Shown piece after piece: positions 19,905 through 29,217 of a stretch of DNA of 64,000 bases. The position numbers and the translations under genes were made by a program. The notes below the pieces were generated by a model. It was given only the letters and a program-made list of their open reading frames with translations, was not told the DNA's origin and did not search any database. Position 1 is the first letter of the stretch, and each line of letters opens with the position of its first letter. The stretch lies in the IMG/VR virus record IMGVR_UViG_3300017650_000009; one strand, 5' to 3'. Origin of the DNA: a virus. Its lineage: Duplodnaviria > Heunggongvirae > Uroviricota > Caudoviricetes.

Positions 19905-20846
19905 ATGAATAATATTTTTGCCATTGATCAAGAATCTACAAATAAAGCCAATAGGGCTTATGCAAAATATAATGCAAAAATTAAAAATGAATCCAAACTC
20001 AGTGTAATGCTAGGAAGCAATATTGGATTGGAAGATCAAAAAGCAGTTGTTTATCCAAATAAGACTGCAGGAACCAAATTCAATATTACTAATTCTCAAT
20101 TTAATGTTTATCTTGCATATGGGTTTAATTATCCCAAATTTATGTATGATCCATATAAATCCAATTTTGTAATGATATTGTCGAAATTCAAGCCCCACGA
20201 CCATGTTAAGATGTCAGCAAAGCAAAAAGGTAATACCGGTGGTGTTGATATTACATTCAAACAAAAGCATAAGACGATGACTGATGCTTTTGGATGGAAT
20301 GATGGATATACCGTATTTCTTCATCTTAGAAATACCGCTAATGTAAATCTTAAAGATGATATGCAAATTGAATTTGATATGCTTGAGCAAGATTCGCAAG
20401 CGTTAAACGTTAACGGTTATCGAATGGCATTCAATATTCCAAATGTTGATCGTAACATCAAATACAGACTAGAGGCATTCAAAACCAACATCAGCGCGTC
20501 TGCTTACGAACGTTATCGGAAAGAAGTAGATATGTTAACTGACCAATCAATTAAGATTGATGTAGATTTGATTAAAGATTCAAATTTACGCAATAATCCA
20601 GGTATGTCAGTGGATCATATTTTTTCAGTACACGATGGGTTCAAATATAATTTACCTACAGAATTAATTGCGCATCATGTAAACTTGCAATATTTGCCAT
20701 TAGCTGGATATAATGGAAATTGTTCTAAAAATAAAAACAGTTGGCAATCGATTCAAGATCTTATAATTGCGTATAAGAACGCAACTGGTATGGTACCACT
20801 TGGCATTAATAACATCAAGTTTGGTGATTATTTTGAAGATGCTTGA
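19905..20846 (+). mobile_element. Putative HNH homing endonuclease
   Basis: AT-rich; C-terminal VDHIFS..HHVNLQYL..NCSKN HNH signature. Confidence 0.65.
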
Positions 20847-20921
20847 ATAGGCAATGACCATAAAATAATATTGCATTTTGCTGGAAGCCCAAGCTATTCT
20901 GGCAGAATAAGGAGTTTTTAT

Positions 20922-21809
20922 ATGTTTGGACGTAACGAATTAGTCGGAAAAAAGTATTTCAAAGACGCCGACGCACAACAGCTTTTCGTAACCTCAATGT
21001 TCATGACATTGCAGGGTGAAGGACCATTCCGAGGCATGCCGGCGTTCTTCATTCGTCTGGCAAAATGCAACCTTCAATGCAGTTTCTGCGATACATTCTT
21101 CGACGATGGTGACTGGCTCACTTTCGATCAGATTGAGCAGCGCGTTGAGGAAACAATCGAGGACTTCTATAAGTCAATCGATATGGAACGTCCCGACTGG
21201 ACCCAGCATGGCGTTCAAAAGAAGCGTATGGTTCTTGTGATGACTGGTGGTGAACCAATGCTCCAGGATAACATCGGACCATTCCTCGAGCGTATGAGCG
21301 GCATCTTCCAGGATACGCAGATTGAGTCCAATGGCACTCAGAACACTGTGATTCCAGAATCTACTACTCTCGTTATTAGTCCGAAGTGTTTGGAGAAGCG
21401 TGATGCGGTTACGGGCGAAATGCGAGCTACTCGTTATTTGACTCCGAGACCTGAGGTTCTAGAACGTGCAACTTGCTTGAAGTTTGTCATGGAAGCTGAT
21501 CCAGAATCCCCATATAGCGTGGTTCCTGATTGGGCTCATGAATGGGCTCGTGTTTATGGTCGTCCGATTTTTGTAAGTCCGATGAACAATTACAATGATA
21601 TCCCAGCGATGTCGAAGAAGCAACGCGCACTGAACAATGGTATCTCTCTTGAAGAACGTTCGACGGTGGACGAAGTTATCAGCTTCTGGGAACCCGGTTT
21701 GCTTAACATGGAAGAGAATCAAAAGAATCATGAATATGCAGCTCGCTATTGTGTTACACATGGTTGCATTTTGAATTTGCAGATTCATCTTTACGCAAGT
21801 CTTGCTTAA
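20922..21809 (+). CDS. queE: 7-carboxy-7-deazaguanine synthase (radical SAM)
   Basis: FMTLQGEG, FIRLAKCNLQCSFCDT, TGGEP, IESNG, SPK, LQIH. Confidence 0.92.
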   Translation: MFGRNELVGKKYFKDADAQQLFVTSMFMTLQGEGPFRGMPAFFIRLAKCNLQCSFCDTFFDDGDWLTFDQIEQRVEETIEDFYKSIDMERPDWTQHGVQKKRMVLVMTGGEPMLQDNIGPFLERMSGIFQDTQIESNGTQNTVIPESTTLVISPKCLEKRDAVTGEMRATRYLTPRPEVLERATCLKFVMEADPESPYSVVPDWAHEWARVYGRPIFVSPMNNYNDIPAMSKKQRALNNGISLEERSTVDEVISFWEPGLLNMEENQKNHEYAARYCVTHGCILNLQIHLYASLA

Positions 21810-21819
21810 GAGCAAAACA

Positions 21820-22035
21820 ATGAATAATGAAGTGCTAGTATTGCGTTCATCATATGGAAATACTCTGGGGGTCATACGTAAGGATATGGTCGCCGGAGTA
21901 ATTATTGCAACCGATGACGAATATACATTCACAGTCATTCTGAATAATGGAAAGACTTTTAGTTATTGGTTTGGTTCAAACTCATTGATGGACGACGAAC
22001 TAGCACGTATTGTTTCGGATATGGGATGGGAATGA
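21820..22035 (+). CDS. Small hypothetical protein (paralog of next gene)
   Basis: IRKDMVAGV..DDEYTF..MGWE. Confidence 0.6.
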   Translation: MNNEVLVLRSSYGNTLGVIRKDMVAGVIIATDDEYTFTVILNNGKTFSYWFGSNSLMDDELARIVSDMGWE

Positions 22036-22253
22036 ACTACGAGTTCACTGATATTAATGGCACCATTGTTGCCAAACACATACACGCGAAATTACCCAGC
22101 TTTATTATTCGCCGTGAAAGCATTTTGGGAATAACAACTGTGGGTAGTTCCGATGACTATTTTATCGTGCATGTGTTAACTCCTGCGGAGCTCATTAAAT
22201 TCACAGCAAAAGAAGATGACATTTTATCGCTCATTGCCATAATGGGATGGTAA
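22032..22253 (+). CDS. Small hypothetical protein (paralog of previous gene)
   Basis: ATGA overlap; IRRESILGI..DDYFIV..MGW. Confidence 0.6.
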   Translation: MNYEFTDINGTIVAKHIHAKLPSFIIRRESILGITTVGSSDDYFIVHVLTPAELIKFTAKEDDILSLIAIMGW

Positions 22254-22295
22254 AATATTGAAATAACCTAGCATACCGTTTATATTGGAATAGAT

Positions 22296-22541
22296 ATGGA
22301 ACTTTATCGTTTTAGTCCTTTCATGGCATATGATCACGAACAGGGAATGTTTGTTTTTGATATTATTGAAGGTGGCTCAAAGCAGCTTCCCCAGCATTTT
22401 ATTACTGAAGTAAAAGCCGAGGACAATGCTGTTCGTATTATTTGCGACACGAAGTACCGCAAAGAAACATTTTTAGTTGAGAGTAAGGATCCGGAACATG
22501 ATGTGGAAGAGCTTCTTTGGCTGTTGGATGAATTCGAGTGA
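22296..22541 (+). CDS. Hypothetical protein
   Basis: Intact ORF after a promoter-like TTGAAA..TATATT. Confidence 0.55.
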   Translation: MELYRFSPFMAYDHEQGMFVFDIIEGGSKQLPQHFITEVKAEDNAVRIICDTKYRKETFLVESKDPEHDVEELLWLLDEFE

Positions 22542-22743
22542 AGAGGTTTCAAAACCCACACGATTAAGGGTTAGTAAGCATCCACAAGTACGTACCACAT
22601 ATACCTTGGACCGAAATCGTCCTCTCACACTTTCGGAGATTGAGTTTCTACTATTGGCTCATATGAATCAGTTCGTCGTAAGCGAGGAACTATATTTGAA
22701 TATGACGCCGGAACTCCAATCACAGTTTAAGGTGACAAAATAA
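22528..22743 (+). CDS. Hypothetical protein
   Basis: Fills the gap; TAATG coupling to the next gene. Confidence 0.5.
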   Translation: MNSSEEVSKPTRLRVSKHPQVRTTYTLDRNRPLTLSEIEFLLLAHMNQFVVSEELYLNMTPELQSQFKVTK

Positions 22744-23480
22744 TGGCAAAACTTCCTTTCTGGGCAAACCCATCACACTGGGGACTTAAGGGTAAGGAAC
22801 TGGAAATAGCTCGTGCACATCACGAGCTTTCTGGTTATGAGCTTTCAAAGCGATTGTTGGAGATCGAATACTCTGGCACGATCACACCCGCACAAGAACT
22901 CGAATATAAAGAGAAACTGTATCTGTTGGATCACAACAGGGGAAAGTACACTCGTAAAGAAGTTACTGAATTGATAACTGAACTTCGCCATCCTCGCAAA
23001 TCGGTTGAATTTAAAATTGCGATGGTCGATTATGCAATTGAAGAAGAAGGTCTAGACGAGTTCGAGGGTGAGCATAAGAAACTCGATATTCGCTTTCGTA
23101 AAAAAGATGATCCAGAATATCTGCTCGCCAAAGCAAATTTAGAACGCAAGTTTGATATGATCTCTGAACGTGAATATGCAAAGAATGTTGCAACCGCACG
23201 TAATGAACCTTGGGTGGAAATTGTAGATTCAAAAATCGCATATGGTGGTTCCAATGGTAATCAAATGAGTTTCGAGTTAGATTGGAACCAGCCATTTGTT
23301 GATGATTTACGTCGTAATGGATGGACTGGTCAGCACGATGCAGATGTGGTAGATCAATGGTTCACAAACCTTTGTATGGATATGATGAGTCCGTTTGCTG
23401 ATACTTTGCCAGATGACGGGCAACCTACACAAATAACCAAACGTAATGATTTGGGCAACGATAAGTCGGAGTATTCGTAA
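22743..23480 (+). CDS. Conserved phage protein of unknown function
   Basis: EPWV..FELDWN..F..L..GW.G..VVDQWF motif recalled from large phages. Confidence 0.7.
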   Translation: MAKLPFWANPSHWGLKGKELEIARAHHELSGYELSKRLLEIEYSGTITPAQELEYKEKLYLLDHNRGKYTRKEVTELITELRHPRKSVEFKIAMVDYAIEEEGLDEFEGEHKKLDIRFRKKDDPEYLLAKANLERKFDMISEREYAKNVATARNEPWVEIVDSKIAYGGSNGNQMSFELDWNQPFVDDLRRNGWTGQHDADVVDQWFTNLCMDMMSPFADTLPDDGQPTQITKRNDLGNDKSEYS

Positions 23481-23995
23481 TGCGCGTAATTAATCTCTTT
23501 GGTGGACCAGGCGCAGGTAAATCCACTACCGCGGCCAGTGTGTTTGTGGAACTCAAATGCCGTGGCTTAAATGTCGAGCTCGTAACCGAATATGCCAAGG
23601 ATCTAACTTGGGAAGCACGACATAATGTGCTTTCGGATCAGGTTTATATTCTGGCTAAACAGCATAGACGTATTGCACGTCTAGAGGGTAAAGTCGATTG
23701 GGTAGTAACGGATGCTCCGTTTATCCTAGGTCTCGTTTATACACCTGAGGATTATTTGCGTAATTTCGAACCACTATTGATGGAACTTTGGAACCAATAC
23801 GAAAACAATTGTTTTCTATTGGAACGCGGAGATATTAAGTTCCACCAGGCCGGTCGTAATCAAAATCTAGAGCAAGCTAAGGAAATTGATGCTACCTTGC
23901 GTAATCTACTTGAAACTCGAGGTGTTGATTTCACGGAAATTCGTACCGGAGACACCGCAGCAAAAGACATCCTTAAGAAATTGAATATTGACTGA
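23480..23995 (+). CDS. P-loop nucleotide kinase (NadR/AAA_28-like)
   Basis: INLFGGPGAGKST Walker A, ELVTEYAK, VVTDAP, GRNQ. Confidence 0.8.
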   Translation: MRVINLFGGPGAGKSTTAASVFVELKCRGLNVELVTEYAKDLTWEARHNVLSDQVYILAKQHRRIARLEGKVDWVVTDAPFILGLVYTPEDYLRNFEPLLMELWNQYENNCFLLERGDIKFHQAGRNQNLEQAKEIDATLRNLLETRGVDFTEIRTGDTAAKDILKKLNID

Positions 23996-24039
23996 TAGGG
24001 CTAACCTATTGCAATATATGAGAAATTAAGGAATTTTTT

Positions 24040-25101
24040 ATGTCTACGTATTTGATTATCGATTTGAACAACATGGCTCACCGCTGTTTACATGCGGGAC
24101 AGGGCTCCATTGATATTAAAACGGGTATGGCTCTCCACATCACACTTAATGCGATTCGTCAGTGCTGGAAGAAATTCAAAGCTGATCATGTCGTATTTTG
24201 CCTAGAGGGCCGTTCTTGGCGTCATGATCATTATAGCGGTTACAAAGCACATCGCCGTGTTCAACAAAGTATTATGACGAAAAAGGAGCGTGAGGATAAC
24301 GCATTGTTCTTCGGAGCATTCGATATCTTTATGGACTTTATCCGTGAGAAAACCAACGCAACCGTGTTGCAATGTGAATCTGCCGAAGCCGATGATATGA
24401 TTGCTCGTTGGATTCAGCTACATCCAGAAGATGACCATGTTATCGTTAGCTCGGACCGAGATTTCTTCCAATTGCTTTCGGACAGGGTTAAGCAGTATGA
24501 CGGCATCCGTGGATGGACAATCTCAACCGATGGTTACTTTGATGATAAAGATCAACCTGTGGTTATTAAAAAGAACATAACAAAGGTTGATAAGGCTAGC
24601 GGAAAGAAAGTTAAGACTTCTACGACAGTTGCTCTCGAAGCTCCCGATCCAGAATATGAGCTTTTCATGAAGATTGTTCGTGGTGATTCCTCGGATAATA
24701 TTATGAGTGCATATCCAGGTGTTCGTGAAAATGGGTCAGCAAAGAAGCCTGGCATTCGTGAGGCCTTTGAGGATCGTAAAGCACGGGGCTTCAATTGGAA
24801 CAATTTTATGCTACAAGAGTGGGATAAACTTGTTGGTTCAGATGAAGATGGCAATGCTATTACTGAGCGTGTTCGAGTAATCGACCAATTCAATGCCAAT
24901 ACTTTGCTTATTGATTTGACCAAACAACCTGATGATGTTAAGCATAAGATGGATCTTGCTATTGCAGATGCTGTCAGTAAACCAAAAGCTACTATGGTTG
25001 GTATTTGGTTCCTTCGATTTACGGAGGAAATGAGTCTATTTAATATCGGAAAGAATCCGACTGATTACGCAAATATGCTTGCCGCGCCTTATGCGCGGTG
25101 A
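24040..25101 (+). CDS. 5'-3' exonuclease/RNase H (T4 rnh-like)
   Basis: LIIDLNN, SWR..Y..YKAHR, EADDMI, SSDRDFFQL, GDSSDNI. Confidence 0.88.
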   Translation: MSTYLIIDLNNMAHRCLHAGQGSIDIKTGMALHITLNAIRQCWKKFKADHVVFCLEGRSWRHDHYSGYKAHRRVQQSIMTKKEREDNALFFGAFDIFMDFIREKTNATVLQCESAEADDMIARWIQLHPEDDHVIVSSDRDFFQLLSDRVKQYDGIRGWTISTDGYFDDKDQPVVIKKNITKVDKASGKKVKTSTTVALEAPDPEYELFMKIVRGDSSDNIMSAYPGVRENGSAKKPGIREAFEDRKARGFNWNNFMLQEWDKLVGSDEDGNAITERVRVIDQFNANTLLIDLTKQPDDVKHKMDLAIADAVSKPKATMVGIWFLRFTEEMSLFNIGKNPTDYANMLAAPYAR

Positions 25102-25250
25102 GTAGAACTTTTCCTGTTGACTAGCTACTAATTTATGTTAACACGGACATAGTGCAACCACTAACGAGCGAGGGGCAATGCGTAGCTTGGGCGACAAACT
25201 ACTCACTCTTTAAGTTTAAACCACTATGTGCAACAAAAGAGTGATCGAAA

Positions 25251-25694
25251 ATGAATTATCCAAAACCGAAATTTATCCGTTATCATTACGAAATTGGATT
25301 CCCCACTCAAATCGGGGAAATGTGTTTGGAATTCTTTATGAATTTCAAGGAAGTCAATACAACGTTCCATAGCGCGAATCAGTTGATTGACGAGAAGAAG
25401 GGAGCAATTCCCTTACCGTGTAAGGAGGATGTTATGCATCCCTCGAATACACTGGTTGAAATTTATGAGCAGGTTGATGAAGCAGATCAACCCACACGAA
25501 TCATCCAAAAGGTTCTCGTTCGCGTTCATCACCTTAGTGATCGACACGATTACACTTATGTCATTGCGCGTGATGGGTACATCATCAGCGCTTGGGCAAA
25601 TGCTAAATCCGACATTCATCGGCTCAAGTCGAAGAGTGTTTATTTTTCAAACTTTCATAAGGAAGACATCGAGTATCCTGATGTTCTTCGGTAG
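25251..25694 (+). CDS. Hypothetical protein, possible small RNase-like fold
   Basis: TFHS..L and KVLVR..DYTYVI..IISAWAN..DIH pattern; the fold is inference. Confidence 0.55.
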   Translation: MNYPKPKFIRYHYEIGFPTQIGEMCLEFFMNFKEVNTTFHSANQLIDEKKGAIPLPCKEDVMHPSNTLVEIYEQVDEADQPTRIIQKVLVRVHHLSDRHDYTYVIARDGYIISAWANAKSDIHRLKSKSVYFSNFHKEDIEYPDVLR

Positions 25695-25700
25695 AATAAA

Positions 25701-26171
25701 ATGGCCAAAATACTTCAGCTAACGGAAAATTCTTGGATCTTTCGTGCAGGCGATGCAAATAGTGGGATACTGTTCAAGACTCTGGACGGTTATATGTTCT
25801 TGGGTCCAAAGACCGTATCCAATTATGCCAGCTTGGATGATTTGAAGAAGAAATTCGGAAACATTAAGCTTGTCGAACGTGCACAAGAAATAAGCACCAA
25901 CAACACGCTCAATGGTTATCCAGTCAAGCATAACGGCGATATCGAACAAGTCGAACACGACAAGTTTCCCGTTTACGTTAAAGCTGGTACAAAAACCGAA
26001 TTCGTTGCTGGGTATTGGGGTCTACTGTTCCAGCAAGGCTGGACACAAGCATATTGCCCAAAGAAACAAACCATTGAATCCTACGAGAGTGTGGGTCCAT
26101 TCAAGAATCGCTTGGAGATGATTAATCACCTAAGCACGTTAAACACTAACGCGAATCTGAATAAACTATGA
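25701..26171 (+). CDS. Conserved phage protein
   Basis: FVAGYW..W..YCPK..Y..GPFK motif. Confidence 0.65.
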   Translation: MAKILQLTENSWIFRAGDANSGILFKTLDGYMFLGPKTVSNYASLDDLKKKFGNIKLVERAQEISTNNTLNGYPVKHNGDIEQVEHDKFPVYVKAGTKTEFVAGYWGLLFQQGWTQAYCPKKQTIESYESVGPFKNRLEMINHLSTLNTNANLNKL

Positions 26172-26404
26172 GCGCTGACAGTCCAATTACAAAATTTGCC
26201 CAACGTGTCCGAGCCGCTAGCAATCGCGGCTCTAAGGATGTTGTACTGACCCTAGCAGAGGCAATCGAGCTATCGACTTCGCTAGTTGCGTTACAGGCAA
26301 AGGAAAATAAGCTGCTCGAGGATATTGTAGAGCTTCAGCGTCGTGCTCTTGATGGACCCACACAGATTGAAATGGATGGAGGATCATTTGGTCCTAAGGA
26401 TTGA
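26168..26404 (+). CDS. Small coiled-coil phage protein
   Basis: Ends IEMDGGSF; overlaps the upstream stop. Confidence 0.65.
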   Translation: MSADSPITKFAQRVRAASNRGSKDVVLTLAEAIELSTSLVALQAKENKLLEDIVELQRRALDGPTQIEMDGGSFGPKD

Positions 26405-27329
26405 TATTTGCAGTGATCTACATGTGGACCGCAATAATCAGAAAACATCTTTGCTTGTTCAGCCAGGAACCGGGCCAACACATTGGCCAGCAGGGCAAGT
26501 AGGCAATCGTGATGCCTTTTTTGCTTTTGATTTTGAATGGTATCGTAATCCGGGATCATCCATTTGTATTATTGCCGGTGATGTTTCCGATTCACTAAAC
26601 GAAACCATTGATGTAATTGAACATGCTGCAAAGTTCTACGAACATGTGGTATTCGTCGACGGTAATCATGAGCATTACAATGCCGATTATCGATTAAATA
26701 TGATTCTGTTTCCAGATGATTTTCATGACAAACTAAATGTTTTGGATACAATGTATGAGCTACGGGCGCATTTCGCCAATAGCCCAAATATTCACTATTT
26801 AGATGGTCTAACTGATGTATCGTGGCGGCACGGCGACACTTTGTTCATCGGAGCAAATTGTTGGTATGATTGGCTCGCACATGAGCCGCGCGGAATAGCA
26901 AAGCAAACGGCATTCTGGGAATGGCATATATCCTCGCATGATCGTACTTTGGATTTTGATGAATTTGGACTTCCCGATGCATTGGGTTTAGTTCAGCTCA
27001 CTAATATGCATTCGGCGTTTGAGGAAGCAAATAATAATCCAGCAATCAAGCATGTGGTTGTTGTTACTCATACCGCACCTTCTCAACAATTTACAAAATG
27101 GGAAGGTAATCAGTCAAGATGGGACAAATTGACTCCATCATATGTGAATACTGGTGCGCAAAGCATTATTAATGCAAATACCAAAGATAAGTTGAAACTT
27201 TGGGCGTTTGGTCATACACATAATAGAGTGCGTGTGGATTATGATGGCACGATATATGTGAATAACGGCTATGGTATTCCACATAATAGTTTGGGCACTT
27301 TTCAAATGGAAACGGTGGAGATAAAATGA
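26376..27329 (+). CDS. Calcineurin-like metallophosphoesterase
   Basis: SDLH, AGDV, GNHEHY, THTAP, FGHTH. Confidence 0.9.
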   Translation: MEDHLVLRIDICSDLHVDRNNQKTSLLVQPGTGPTHWPAGQVGNRDAFFAFDFEWYRNPGSSICIIAGDVSDSLNETIDVIEHAAKFYEHVVFVDGNHEHYNADYRLNMILFPDDFHDKLNVLDTMYELRAHFANSPNIHYLDGLTDVSWRHGDTLFIGANCWYDWLAHEPRGIAKQTAFWEWHISSHDRTLDFDEFGLPDALGLVQLTNMHSAFEEANNNPAIKHVVVVTHTAPSQQFTKWEGNQSRWDKLTPSYVNTGAQSIINANTKDKLKLWAFGHTHNRVRVDYDGTIYVNNGYGIPHNSLGTFQMETVEIK

Positions 27330-27392
27330 TTTCTTTTATTCCGATCATGTAAAGCCCTGGCACGGTGCTGGGCCCAACATGTGGAGGTTAAC

Positions 27393-27704
27393 ATGCAAAG
27401 AGATAAAGTATACCGACGTTATCAACGCGAACGTAAAATCAACAATGTTCGCAAATGGATGGAAGCTCATTGGCATTATGGTTTCGCACATTATGAACCA
27501 GAAGCCAGACGTGCACATTTACATGAACAAGCGTTAAGACGTCATGCTGCACCGAAGATGTGTAGCCGGTGGTGCTGTGGCAATCCACGTAAACATTTCG
27601 GTTCCGAAACAATACAAGAGTACCGCAATAAAATTGCGTGTAACGAAGTTTTTGATGAAGAAAATATAAGATCTAAAATTCATATTCGTAAAAGGAGATA
27701 CTAA
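27393..27704 (+). CDS. Small basic Cys-motif protein
   Basis: GGAGG RBS; Arg-rich N-terminus; CSRWCCGNPRK..TIQE. Confidence 0.7.
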   Translation: MQRDKVYRRYQRERKINNVRKWMEAHWHYGFAHYEPEARRAHLHEQALRRHAAPKMCSRWCCGNPRKHFGSETIQEYRNKIACNEVFDEENIRSKIHIRKRRY

Positions 27705-27961
27705 TGAGTGAAGTTGAAGTATTCGTACGTCCTGGATGCCCTTGGTGTGATAAGGCTGTGAATTGGTTCACCCAGTATAAGGTCGAACACAAGTTGGTTC
27801 GTTTTACCAACATCGAAGATAAGATGGCATTCTATCAGAAACATGCGGCTGACGGTGTTCGCACTTTACCACAGATTTTCATCGATGGTGTTCGTATCGG
27901 TGGTTGGTCGGATTTTGTAACAACTCAGTACAAGGCCGATATCGAAAAGGCTGCGGAATGA
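27704..27961 (+). CDS. Glutaredoxin
   Basis: CPWC, RTLPQIFIDG..IGG. Confidence 0.9.
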   Translation: MSEVEVFVRPGCPWCDKAVNWFTQYKVEHKLVRFTNIEDKMAFYQKHAADGVRTLPQIFIDGVRIGGWSDFVTTQYKADIEKAAE

Positions 27962-28185
27962 AGAATCGCGAGCTAATTGAGCATTTGCAGAAGCTTGATC
28001 CAGAAATGGTCGTATATACGGCAATCGATGCCGAGGGCAACGGTTACAACGAGGTTTATTTTGAACCCACTGTAATGGTCGCAGTTAAGACCAATCATGG
28101 CGTTGAAATCATGAATGACGATGAAGATGAACTCGATGATTCGGGTTACGATGAAAGTGATTTTCAACGTGTAATTGTTATCTAA
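27958..28185 (+). CDS. Small acidic hypothetical protein
   Basis: MKNRELIEHLQKLDPE..DAEGNG. Confidence 0.65.
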   Translation: MKNRELIEHLQKLDPEMVVYTAIDAEGNGYNEVYFEPTVMVAVKTNHGVEIMNDDEDELDDSGYDESDFQRVIVI

Positions 28186-28287
28186 TAGTGAGAAGCGCGG
28201 CTCCCATGCTGCGCTCTTACCATGAGTAAAACGCGCTTACATAATAAATAATGATAATGCAATATTTTAAATTTGTGAGTGCAAATC

Positions 28288-28578
28288 ATGTCTCGTCCCA
28301 AGCCTACAGTCCTTTTGGACTATACAGACCCAAAGACCTATAAGAGCGAGCAAGTTCTTGCCGCTGATGCAATCTATGCTGTCTTTTATGATGGCAAGCC
28401 AATCAACCTGCGCTCCCTAAATAGTTTGATTAATTATCCTGGCCCAAAGTACAAGAAATGTTCTTTTGGCAATAAGGGTCATGCTTTCAACTTGGCTGAA
28501 AAGCTTAACAAGCTTTTCAAAACAGACAAGTTCAAGGTTTTCAAACTAACACAGGGAATTGAAATCTCTGAAAAATAA
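28288..28578 (+). CDS. Conserved jumbo-phage protein
   Basis: MSRPKP..AVFYDGKPINL..GPKYKK..GHAFNLA; TAAATA upstream. Confidence 0.75.
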   Translation: MSRPKPTVLLDYTDPKTYKSEQVLAADAIYAVFYDGKPINLRSLNSLINYPGPKYKKCSFGNKGHAFNLAEKLNKLFKTDKFKVFKLTQGIEISEK

Positions 28579-28964
28579 TGAGTACACATCTTCGAATAAT
28601 TCAAGCTCTTAAACAGGCATATAAAAGGGAACCTAACCCAATATGCTCGGAGCTTGAAATCGACGAAGATGAAACTCTGATTCGCCGCTTCTTCCTAAAT
28701 TATCGTGGCGGAGACCCCGAGCACTCCCGTGGCCTTCGACTTACCGATATTGGTCTCCTTAATATGCAATGCTATTTCAAAGCGCATAAAGTTGAGCTAC
28801 CTGGTGACTATAAAGCAAAAACCCAACACATCCTCTACTTGGATCGTAAGTGCCGCATGCCGTGGCACCTACGTGGGAATTTTATTGTGTTCTTCGAAGC
28901 AGAGTTAGCATTTCGCTGTAAGCTAGTTGGAGACATAGAACTTCTGGTACATTCCTTCCCTTGA
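28578..28964 (+). CDS. Conserved phage protein
   Basis: GLRLTDIG..LDRK..PW; TAATG coupling. Confidence 0.7.
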   Translation: MSTHLRIIQALKQAYKREPNPICSELEIDEDETLIRRFFLNYRGGDPEHSRGLRLTDIGLLNMQCYFKAHKVELPGDYKAKTQHILYLDRKCRMPWHLRGNFIVFFEAELAFRCKLVGDIELLVHSFP

Positions 28965-29217
28965 GTATCCCACTTTATTAAATTTTTATTCCACAAAAGT
29001 GATTTTTCTTGTTGACTAGTCTGCGTGTTTATAGCATATGTGGTGCAGCTTTAGCAGAACAAGTTGTTTTGTTAACACACAAATTAGCGCTAGTGAAAAA
29101 AGTTCAACAATTCGGTTGACACAAAAATTACTGGTGCTAGTAAGAGGCACAAGTTGGTAGCGCAAGGGCGTTGCTAGTTTGTAATAGACGTTAGGCATTC
29201 AAAGGAGAAAGACATCT

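Noticed and set aside
25692-25703. Read-through fusion of 25251 and 25701 across TAG
   Set aside because: In-frame spacing has a 1-in-3 chance and the context (CGG TAG AAT) differs from TAT TAG CA.
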